A stretch of 36,980 bases of DNA from an uncultured Pseudomonadota bacterium (GCA_964595045.1 CAZQOW010000003.1:1-36980); one strand, 5' to 3'; counted from the first letter of the stretch, positions 9,365-16,482 are shown. The notes: a model not told the origin generated them from the letters alone. Numbers and translations: made by a program.

Positions 9365-10465
9365 ATGCCAATGAGCTCTCAACCAAAAATCAACGTGGCG
9401 ATGCAGGAAGCTTTGAAAGAGGGAACTTTTCCCGGAGCAACTCTCGGGGTTGGAAACTCTAGCAAAACTCTCTTTCAAAAATGTTTTGGATTGGCTGAAA
9501 AAATTCCGGTTGAAAGAAAATTAACACTCAAAACCTATTTTGATGTTGCTTCACTGACAAAACCAATTTGTACAGTGATGATCGCGATGGTGCTGGTCGA
9601 AAAAGGGAAACTTGATTTAACTTCTCCTGTTTCACAGTTTTTCTCTGAGTTCAAAAAAGATCCCAAATCACAAATCACGATTCGTCATCTGCTTCAGCAC
9701 ACCTCTGGGCTTTTTGCCTGGCAACCTTATTACGAATCATTTACCGCCGATTATTTAAAAGGGAAAAATCTTCCTCAGGTTGAAAAAGAACTGATTCAAA
9801 AAATAGCGAAAAGTCCTTTAGAGGGAGAGGTAGGTGGACCTAAAAATTACAGCGATTTGGGATTTATTCTTCTCGGAAAAATTCTTGAAGAGATTGGGAA
9901 AAAACCGCTCGATCAGCTTTTTAGTGAATTGGTGGCTAAACCGCTCAAGTTAAACCAGACTTTTTTTGTTCGAACCTCGAGTAAAGCGAAAAAACTTCCA
10001 CGAATTGCGTTTGCTTCGACTGAAAAATCTTCTTGGCGTCGAAAAATTCTTGCCGGTGAAGTTCATGATGATCATGCGGCGATCCTTGACGGCGTTGCCG
10101 GACATGCAGGACTTTTCTCGACGATTGACGATCTCTCAAAAATTGCGCAAGAAATTCTGAAAATTGATGCCGGAAAAAGCAAGTTTCTGAAAAAAGAGAC
10201 TTTTCGAAGTTTTGTAAACCCAAAACCTCCACTCGGATTCGATACCCCTTCACCCCAGAATTCACAGGCAGGAGAATTTTTTTCCAAAGATACGATTGGT
10301 CATCTTGGGTTTACTGGCTGTTCCATCTGGATCGATCTTACCAAAAAATTTTTTGTGATTCTTTTATCTAACCGGGTTCATCCTCACCGGAACAATGAAT
10401 CGATCAAGCTATTTAGGGCAAAAATTCATGATTTGGTCATTAAAACTCTCAAATTAAATCGATAA
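9365..10465 (+). CDS. serine hydrolase, beta-lactamase/AmpH/PBP4*-like family
   Basis: Carries SxxK (ASLTKP), a YxN-like motif (YSD in NYSDLGF) and an HxG box (GHLGFTGCSIW) in the order and spacing typical of class C beta-lactamase-fold penicillin-binding hydrolases. Confidence 0.8.
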   Translation: MPMSSQPKINVAMQEALKEGTFPGATLGVGNSSKTLFQKCFGLAEKIPVERKLTLKTYFDVASLTKPICTVMIAMVLVEKGKLDLTSPVSQFFSEFKKDPKSQITIRHLLQHTSGLFAWQPYYESFTADYLKGKNLPQVEKELIQKIAKSPLEGEVGGPKNYSDLGFILLGKILEEIGKKPLDQLFSELVAKPLKLNQTFFVRTSSKAKKLPRIAFASTEKSSWRRKILAGEVHDDHAAILDGVAGHAGLFSTIDDLSKIAQEILKIDAGKSKFLKKETFRSFVNPKPPLGFDTPSPQNSQAGEFFSKDTIGHLGFTGCSIWIDLTKKFFVILLSNRVHPHRNNESIKLFRAKIHDLVIKTLKLNR

Positions 10466-10658
10466 TAATTGAGGCATTCTTTCTCCACATTTTGAGAAAG
10501 TTGGAGTTTATAGCAGTCAAAAGGATCGTTTAACTTGCATCAACTCTTCGCTTTTATAAACGAATCTTAATAAGAGACCACATCTTTTCCTATAAATTAT
10601 CAATAGTTATCAGTTGTATGCTCCTGAGCCGTCTTTTAATTTTCTTCTTTTTTAAATT

Positions 10659-10674
10659 TGGCCTCCCATTTGCT
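10659..10674 (+). promoter_or_regulatory. candidate sigma54 (-24/-12) promoter TGGCctcccatTTGCT
   Basis: GG at 10660-61 and GC at 10672-73 have the exact 12-nt offset of the TGGCAC-N5-TTGCW consensus. The site lies 56 nt upstream of the ATG at 10730. This is a single-site pattern match only. Confidence 0.3.
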
Positions 10675-10729
10675 TATTTCCTTAAGAGTTGCCGATTTAA
10701 AAAACAGATCTAACCGAAGGAGATGACTG

Positions 10730-11398
10730 ATGAAATCCACCAAGAAAAACCAATTACAAACCCGAGAAGTGGTCTCTGATTTTGAAAGTAAAATTCAGAC
10801 AATTCAGCTTCAACTTGAAAAGATCAGGGTAAAAGGGGAAACTATTTTGTCGAACCCAAAAGCTGCTTATCTTCTTCCCGCATTAAAAGAATTAATTATT
10901 CAAAACAGTCTTCATCCTGAAAAACTCAAAGAGCTTGATCAAAATTTTTTGGAAAAAGAATGCAAAGAAAATTATCTTTCGCTTTATTTCCAAGACCTGA
11001 TTGAATTGGCAAAAGTGGCGGATCAAAAAGAATTTTCATTTGAAGCCGATTGGCTTTTAAAAATCACCGAAGAGCAGAGCCGATTTTTCGCCAATCGCGC
11101 ACCGTTCTGGCTCGGCATTGCAAATCTGTTTGCACGAATTTATCTACAGGCAACGATCGAGGATTTTATGGAGCAGTCGACTCAAGAGCTGCAAGAGATG
11201 GTGAGAAACAGTCCCAATGCTTATCATCCAATTCTTTGGCATATTCTTTTTACCGATTATATTCAGCAGAAAACGGAGTTTTTGGTTTCGAATTTGGCAA
11301 AGTTGGAAACGCAAGAGGCGGGGTTGAATCCTCAGGGGATCTATTATACTTTGAGGGAGTTAAGGCTTGCGATTCCAATTTTTAGTTTGGTTCGATGA
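10730..11398 (+). CDS. hypothetical protein (222 aa), all-helical by composition
   Basis: ATG preceded by GAAGGAG. Codon usage resembles the housekeeping genes here (TTG, TCG, GCG, CGA). No recognisable family. Confidence 0.65.
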   Translation: MKSTKKNQLQTREVVSDFESKIQTIQLQLEKIRVKGETILSNPKAAYLLPALKELIIQNSLHPEKLKELDQNFLEKECKENYLSLYFQDLIELAKVADQKEFSFEADWLLKITEEQSRFFANRAPFWLGIANLFARIYLQATIEDFMEQSTQELQEMVRNSPNAYHPILWHILFTDYIQQKTEFLVSNLAKLETQEAGLNPQGIYYTLRELRLAIPIFSLVR

Positions 11399-11628
11399 AG
11401 AGGTGGTTTCATGCATATCGGTATTTATGAAATTCAAAAGGGTTAAAAAATGTATTTTTCTTACCAAGGTCGGACAGTTATTTTTTTCCAAATCCTAGAC
11501 TCTTGAGGAGAGGAACCAGGGGGATGGGATTTCTAGTGACGAATTATGGCTTATTTTTAAAGAAACTTTTGAGGCTAAGGGCCGATAATAAAAACATATG
11601 GTAAATCCATTTAAAAAAGGGAAATTTT

Positions 11629-12954
11629 ATGACAGATATTAATAAAATACTTTCCGATTGGCACAATGATGTAACTCAGAAATCCTCTCCAGGAGGCACC
11701 CAAGTTACTCCTGAAGAAATCGATAAACTTGCTAAGCAATTTGTCTCTCAGGGAATTCCAGATGAAAAGAGTTTAGATCAATATTTACGAACTTACTCCA
11801 CACAAACTGACTTATATTTAGAAACATCTCCAAGAGGAGAAGATGAAGTACTTTCAATTAGACATTCCGATTTCATTCAGGAAGCAATTCAAATAGCTAG
11901 AGGAAGTAAACAAATTCCTTTTTTAAGAGGAAATATTGTACAAGCAATTCAGTCAGCAAAATTAGAAGAATTTGGTATGACTCGCGGCAGAGATACTTGG
12001 TATCTTCTGACAAGCCAAGATGGACAAATTAAAATTAAGGTGACTCCTTTTGCGACTTATAATGAACACGGAACCGCATCAGAAGATGGGTTTTTGGTAA
12101 GAGCTTATGAACAAGGAAGTCTACGCAAACTTTCTTCAGAAGCACTCTCAGCACTTGCTCAAAAAGTTAATATCGACCAAGCAGAACTCAAGCAAGATTC
12201 TGATGTTTCTCACCCTGCTCATTATACTTGGTATGTTGGTTATTCTGCTTTATGGAGACCTCAAGTTTCTAAACTTCAAAATAACATTCATCAACTTGAT
12301 GCTAAATCTGCTCAAAAGCAGTATCAAGCTCTTTTAAGTGAACATGTTAAACGAACTTCTGTAATAGAGCTTCCTTCAATAATTTACCAATTAGGAGAAT
12401 TAGCGGGACACTCTAGAAGTTATGTCAACCAAGAGTTCGGACGACAAAGAAAAGCTAATAATGGACAAGTTGCGAATCAAATTACCACAGACATCCAGCA
12501 GGGTAAAATCGCTTCTTACGAGATTCTACATGCCTCTCGCGAGGCTCTACGTGCAGTTCCGGTTGGAATTTATCGTGCCGCAATTTTAGCTAATGTAGAA
12601 AACGCAAAATCTTTTTCAGCTCTAAGTTATTCTCTTCAAAGCGGAATGTATGCAGGAGATATCATTAACCTTGTTCACGTATTAAAAGAAAATGGAGTAA
12701 TGTCTGATTTCAGTTTTATTCTTACTTCTAAAAAAATGTGGAGTGCCATTGAAGAGGCTCTCAAATCAAAAGAGAGAGACCAAGTATCTAATGTCGCCGG
12801 TGTAATAGAAGGACTAAGAGAAATTATAGGAATAAAAAAATTAGAAAAAGATTCGAACTTTCAAAAAGTGAAGTCTATAGCAAGAGAACAGGATTCCCAG
12901 GTAAGTGAATGGGAGACTTCTCTTAAAAGTGCGTACCAATTAATTTTAAATTAA
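11629..12954 (+). CDS. hypothetical protein (441 aa), compositionally foreign
   Basis: Long uninterrupted ORF. Its codon usage is clearly different from the neighbours (GCT/GCA, TCT/TCA, AGA, ATA, GTA, TTA versus the neighbours' GCG/GCC, TCG, CGT/CGA, ATT/ATC, GTT/GTC, TTG). No recognisable motif. Confidence 0.75.
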   Translation: MTDINKILSDWHNDVTQKSSPGGTQVTPEEIDKLAKQFVSQGIPDEKSLDQYLRTYSTQTDLYLETSPRGEDEVLSIRHSDFIQEAIQIARGSKQIPFLRGNIVQAIQSAKLEEFGMTRGRDTWYLLTSQDGQIKIKVTPFATYNEHGTASEDGFLVRAYEQGSLRKLSSEALSALAQKVNIDQAELKQDSDVSHPAHYTWYVGYSALWRPQVSKLQNNIHQLDAKSAQKQYQALLSEHVKRTSVIELPSIIYQLGELAGHSRSYVNQEFGRQRKANNGQVANQITTDIQQGKIASYEILHASREALRAVPVGIYRAAILANVENAKSFSALSYSLQSGMYAGDIINLVHVLKENGVMSDFSFILTSKKMWSAIEEALKSKERDQVSNVAGVIEGLREIIGIKKLEKDSNFQKVKSIAREQDSQVSEWETSLKSAYQLILN

Positions 12955-12955
12955 T

Positions 12956-12977
12956 TTTTGGTACACTTTTGGTACAC
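12956..12977 (+). repeat. perfect tandem direct repeat 2 x TTTTGGTACAC (11-nt period)
   Basis: TTTTGGTACAC at 12956-12966 is repeated exactly at 12967-12977, immediately after the stop codon of the 441-aa gene. Confidence 0.6.
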
Positions 12978-13018
12978 ATAGAAAAGATTGAAAAATAAAG
13001 AAGTATTTTGAAAAAAAG

Positions 13019-13077
13019 TTCTTTTTTACTCCTCTCCAACTTTCAATTTAAAAAAATCCAAAGATCAGTTAATCTCC
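13019..13077 (+). repeat. copy A of the mpl upstream region (segmental duplication)
   Basis: TTCTTTTTTACTCCTCTCCAACTTTCAATTTAAAAAAATCCAAAGATCAGTTAATCTCC matches 14936-14994 with 2 mismatches. Confidence 0.85.
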
Positions 13078-13205
13078 TAAAACTATAAACTAGTACCCTA
13101 TCCATTTATTCTCACATTAGGGTCACGGCACAACTGTTTGTCATCCATTTAATATTTTTAGATAGGACAGCTGAAATTAAATGGAACAAGCAGTAGGAGA
13201 TTTCT

Positions 13206-13800
13206 ATGTCTTTTCATGTTCATTTTATTGCGATCTGCGGAACCGCGATGGCAACTTTGGCCGGAATGCTGAAAGAAAAAGGTTTTCATGTGACCGGAAG
13301 CGATCAAAATGTCTACCCTCCGATGAGCGATCAGTTGAAGAAATGGGGGATTGAGATCGAGCAAGGATTCCGAGCCGAAAATCTGAATCCTCTTCCCAAT
13401 TTGGTTATTGTCGGGAATGCGGTTTCGAAAACAAATCCTGAAGTTGAAGCGCTTCTCCAATCCAAAATTCGCTATTTATCTCTTCCTCAAGCGATCGGAG
13501 AATTTTTTTTAAAAGAGAAAAAGTCGCTTGTGGTTGCGGGGACTCATGGAAAAACGACTACCACTTCTTCTTGCCTGGATGCTGTATTCTCTCCAATCCG
13601 ATCCAAGTTTTTTGGTCGGGGGAATTCCTGAAAATTTTCATTCCTCCTACCGTTTGGGAAATGGAGAGCTTTTTGCGATTGAAGGGGATGAATATGATTC
13701 AGTTTTTTTTGATAAGGGGCCGAAGTTTTGGCATTATCAGCCGAATCAGGCGATTATCACCGGAGTTGAGTTTGATCATGCCGATATTTACCGCGGTTTA
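13206..13800 (+). pseudogene. mpl: truncated, frameshifted 5' fragment of mpl (first ~198 codons)
   Basis: Aligns base for base with 15019-15615. I count about 40 substitutions by eye, plus a 2-nt deletion near 13567 (CCACTTC--TTCTTGCC versus CCACTTCACTCCTTGCC). The deletion splits it into ORF-track frames 13206..13631 and 13528..13929. Homology ends abruptly at 13800. Confidence 0.9.
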
Positions 13801-13992
13801 CACTTTTTTTTGGTGCCAGGCACGCATAGAAGAGATTGCAATCGGAATATAAAACGGCTGATATTCGATAAGGCTAGGTTTGCAGCCGGTTCATTCAAAG
13901 TTTGTCTAAAAGCAAATTGTGAATTGTAGATTTTTTGTATCTTCAAATTTATTTGTTCTTAAGAAAACGACACTTCTTGACTGGAGAGAACG

Positions 13993-14607
13993 ATGAGCAG
14001 AATTCTAGACCTTTATTCCCAATTGACCTTGTTCTACAAAGAAAATGCCCCCTCCATTTTTGATGAGGACTATATTTTTCCTCCGGCGACCGAGGAAGAT
14101 CTAAAAGCGATTGAAACCATACTGGTTGAGAAAATTCCTCAGGACTATCGAGAATTTTTACAAATCAATACCATTCCTTTTAGCTTTGACGGTAGCTTCA
14201 CATGCTTATCGGCCAAAGCCGTTTTAGGATACTACAAAAGCATGACAGAAATGTTGCAGGAAGGGGTTTTTGACGATGGTCGCGTTCAATATCATAAAGA
14301 AAACGGTTTTGGAAACTGGGAGAAAGGCTACATCCAGGAGGTATGGTGGAGCGAAAAGTGGCTCCCGATCTCGGCAGATAGTTGTGGCAACTTAAAGTGC
14401 ATCGATTTTGCTCCGACAAAGAAAGGTAAAAAATATCAAATCTTGTCCATGGAAGTGCAAGATGGTCAGGGTCCATTTATTTCCAATTATAAAAACTTTG
14501 AGGAGTATTTGTCAGAACACTTATTTCTATTACAAAATAATAAATACATGTTTGAAGAAGACTGGAAAGGCCGGCAGATGATTTCACCGAATCGCTATAA
14601 AAGTTAG
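13993..14607 (+). CDS. SMI1/KNR4 (SUKH-1) family protein, immunity-protein type
   Basis: Has both hallmark blocks: ATEEDLKAIETILVEKIPQDYREFLQINT near the N-terminus, and WLPISADSCGNLKCIDF. SD GGAGAG lies 6 nt upstream. C-ending codons (GAC, TAC, ACC, AGC, GGC) are commoner than in neighbouring genes. Confidence 0.85.
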   Translation: MSRILDLYSQLTLFYKENAPSIFDEDYIFPPATEEDLKAIETILVEKIPQDYREFLQINTIPFSFDGSFTCLSAKAVLGYYKSMTEMLQEGVFDDGRVQYHKENGFGNWEKGYIQEVWWSEKWLPISADSCGNLKCIDFAPTKKGKKYQILSMEVQDGQGPFISNYKNFEEYLSEHLFLLQNNKYMFEEDWKGRQMISPNRYKS

Positions 14608-14633
14608 AAAAATAAGTCTATAGAAGGGATATC

Positions 14634-14670
14634 AACTAAAGTGATTTTGGATTTCATGTTCATATTACAT
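14634..14670 (+). other. eroded relic of the mpl RBS/start region
   Basis: AACTAAAG-tGATTTTgga-TTTCATGTTCAT aligns with AACTAAAGaataggaGATTTTatgtctTTTCATGTTCAT at 14998-15036. The match consists of an exact 8-mer, 6-mer and 12-mer in the same order. Confidence 0.5.
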
Positions 14671-14884
14671 GGATAAAATATTACTCAAGAGATGGTGATG
14701 AGTTTGAAGGAGACGCGGACTATCATTAAATTTCGAAGAGACCCTTGGCTTGGGATAAAATGAGCTTACTTTTTAAGTTACATTCTGATCTATCCATTCA
14801 GCCAACGTTGTTAGCGGCAACTTATGTATAAATCTTATCTTAGAAAGTTAATTCTAATCCTTACTTTAATTTTGATAATTAAAT

Positions 14885-14898
14885 ATCAGTTAATCTCC
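14885..14898 (+). repeat. isolated copy of the 14-nt core ATCAGTTAATCTCC
   Basis: Exact copy of 13064-13077 and 14981-14994. The following ~30 nt (TACTAAAAAATTAGTGCC) resemble the sequence after copy A (TAAAACTATAAACTAGTACC). Confidence 0.5.
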
Positions 14899-14935
14899 TA
14901 CTAAAAAATTAGTGCCTGTGAATAATAAGAAAAAC

Positions 14936-14994
14936 TTCTTTTTTCTTCCTCTCCAACTTTCAATTTAAAAAAATCCAAAGATCAGTTAATCTCC
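14936..14994 (+). repeat. copy B of the mpl upstream region (segmental duplication)
   Basis: Matches 13019-13077 and lies directly upstream of the intact mpl gene. Confidence 0.85.
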
Positions 14995-15018
14995 CAGAAC
15001 TAAAGAATAGGAGATTTT

Positions 15019-16428
15019 ATGTCTTTTCATGTTCATTTTATTGCGATTTGCGGAACTGCGATGGCAACCTTAGCTGGAATGCTGAAAGAAAAAGGGTTTC
15101 ACGTGACCGGAAGCGATCAAAATGTTTATCCGCCGATGAGCGATCAGTTGAAGAAATGGGGGATTGAGATCCAGCAAGGATTTCGAGCTGAAAATCTGAA
15201 TCCTCTTCCCAATTTGGTTATTGTCGGGAATGCGGTTTCGAAAACAAATCCTGAAGTTGAAGCGCTTCTGCAATCCAAAATTCGCTATTTATCTCTTCCC
15301 CAAGCGATCGGGGAGTTTTTTTTAAAAGAGAAAAAGTCTCTCGTGGTTGCTGGAACGCATGGGAAAACGACTACCACTTCACTCCTTGCCTGGATGTTGT
15401 ATTCTCTTAAATCCGATCCAAGTTTTTTAGTCGGTGGAATTCCAGAAAATTTTCATTCTTCCTACCGTTTGGGAAAGGGGGATTTTTTTGCGATCGAAGG
15501 GGATGAATATGATTCTGCTTTTTTTGATAAGGGACCAAAGTTTTGGCATTATCAACCGAATCAGGCGATTATCACTGGGGTTGAGTTTGATCATGCCGAT
15601 ATTTACCGCGATTTAGATCATCTGATGAATTCGTTTCAAAAGTTTGTCGAACTGATTCCACCCAATGGAAAACTTTTTCTCTCGTCAGATAATGAGAATG
15701 TTTTGAAGCTAAACTCTTATGCGCGATGTCCGATCATTACTTACGGATTAAACCATGAATCGGATATCCGCGCTGAACAGATTGTTTTTGATCGGGATGG
15801 AGTGGAGTTTGCGTTGTTTGAAAATAGAAATAAGTTGGGAGTTTTCCGCTCTCCGCTCTCCGGAAAACATAATCTTCAAAATTTGCTGGGAGTTCTCGCC
15901 TTATGTTTGAATTTAGGATTTGCTCCTGAAACATTGCAGGCTCCGATCCTCGAATTCAAAGGGGTAAAGCGTCGCCAGGAGATCCGCGGTGTGGTAAATG
16001 GGATCACAGTCATTGATGATTTTGCACACCATCCAACGGCGGTTTTAGAAACGATTGATGCGATTCGAAATCGTTATCCAAACCAAAAAATATGGGTCGT
16101 TTTTGAACCGAGATCGAATACGAGCCGTAGAAGTATCTTTCAGAATGATTTTGTGAAAGCGTTTCTACATGCCGATGAGACGATTATTGCGGATGTTTTT
16201 ATGCCGGAGAAAGTGAAAGATGTTCCATTGCTCAATGTGAATCAGCTGATCCAAGAGATTCATCAGCAAGGGGGCAAAGCAGTGGGTGGAATGAAAGTCG
16301 AAGAGATTGTTTCTTATTTGGGAAAAAATGTGAAAAGTCATGAGGTGATTTTGATTATGAGTAATGGGGGATTTGAGAATATTCATGAGAGATTGCTTGA
16401 GAGATTGCAACAAAGCTCCTCCTCTTAA
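15019..16428 (+). CDS. mpl: UDP-N-acetylmuramate:L-alanyl-gamma-D-glutamyl-meso-diaminopimelate ligase (murein peptide ligase)
   Basis: 469-aa Mur-ligase protein. The N-terminus [36 protein letters not shown] matches the Mpl-specific pattern (ICGTFMGGLA...GSDANVYPPMS in E. coli, from memory). It also has the P-loop [11 protein letters not shown] and DDFAHHP. Confidence 0.92.
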   Translation: MSFHVHFIAICGTAMATLAGMLKEKGFHVTGSDQNVYPPMSDQLKKWGIEIQQGFRAENLNPLPNLVIVGNAVSKTNPEVEALLQSKIRYLSLPQAIGEFFLKEKKSLVVAGTHGKTTTTSLLAWMLYSLKSDPSFLVGGIPENFHSSYRLGKGDFFAIEGDEYDSAFFDKGPKFWHYQPNQAIITGVEFDHADIYRDLDHLMNSFQKFVELIPPNGKLFLSSDNENVLKLNSYARCPIITYGLNHESDIRAEQIVFDRDGVEFALFENRNKLGVFRSPLSGKHNLQNLLGVLALCLNLGFAPETLQAPILEFKGVKRRQEIRGVVNGITVIDDFAHHPTAVLETIDAIRNRYPNQKIWVVFEPRSNTSRRSIFQNDFVKAFLHADETIIADVFMPEKVKDVPLLNVNQLIQEIHQQGGKAVGGMKVEEIVSYLGKNVKSHEVILIMSNGGFENIHERLLERLQQSSSS

Positions 16429-16446
16429 GATTAAGAGGAGGTTTTA
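16418..16446 (+). terminator. REP-like hairpin family C acting as a likely intrinsic terminator of mpl
   Basis: Perfect 10-bp stem CCTCCTCTTA (16418-16427) / TAAGAGGAGG (16432-16441) with loop AGAT, followed by TTTT. The stem contains the mpl stop codon (TAA 16426-16428). Confidence 0.5.
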
Positions 16447-16460
16447 GAGGAGTTGTGAAA

Positions 16461-16482
16461 AACGTTGCAGATCTCCAACGTT
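16461..16482. repeat. hairpin AACGTTG-N8-CAACGTT
   Basis: 7-bp perfect stem with an 8-nt loop (CAGATCTC), lying between the two family C hairpins. Confidence 0.5.

Noticed and set aside
11050-11385. 111-aa alternate-frame ORF inside the 222-aa gene, and a 76-aa ORF (12107..12337) inside the 441-aa gene.
   Set aside because: Both are same-strand overlapping frames with no SD and Arg/Ser-rich or low-complexity translations. The longer frames are the better gene models.
13811-13825. TGGTGCCAGGCACGC at the mpl homology breakpoint, considered as a sigma54 promoter.
   Set aside because: The -12 region is ACGC rather than TTGC. I treat the embedded 11-nt palindrome GTGCCAGGCAC only as a junction-associated feature within the mpl duplication finding.
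13528-13929. ORFs 13528..13929 and 13571..13852, considered as independent genes.
   Set aside because: They are the post-frameshift continuation, and a third frame, of the mpl 5' fragment. The 43 non-homologous codons after 13800 are read-through into junction DNA.
14700-14772. Short ORFs in the spacer after the SUKH gene (for example ..WIKYYSRDGDEFEGDADYH* and MVMSLKETRTIIKFRRDPWLGIK*), considered as gene remnants or small toxins.
   Set aside because: They are too short, have no SD and match no family. They may be debris of former cargo, but I cannot support that from sequence alone.
10466-15018. Search for an integrase, transposase, tRNA/tmRNA attachment site or inverted terminal repeats that would define the accessory segment as a classical genomic island or IS.
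   Set aside because: None was found. The only boundary-like signals are the mpl duplications and the 14-nt core, so I describe it as a recombination mosaic and not as a named mobile element.
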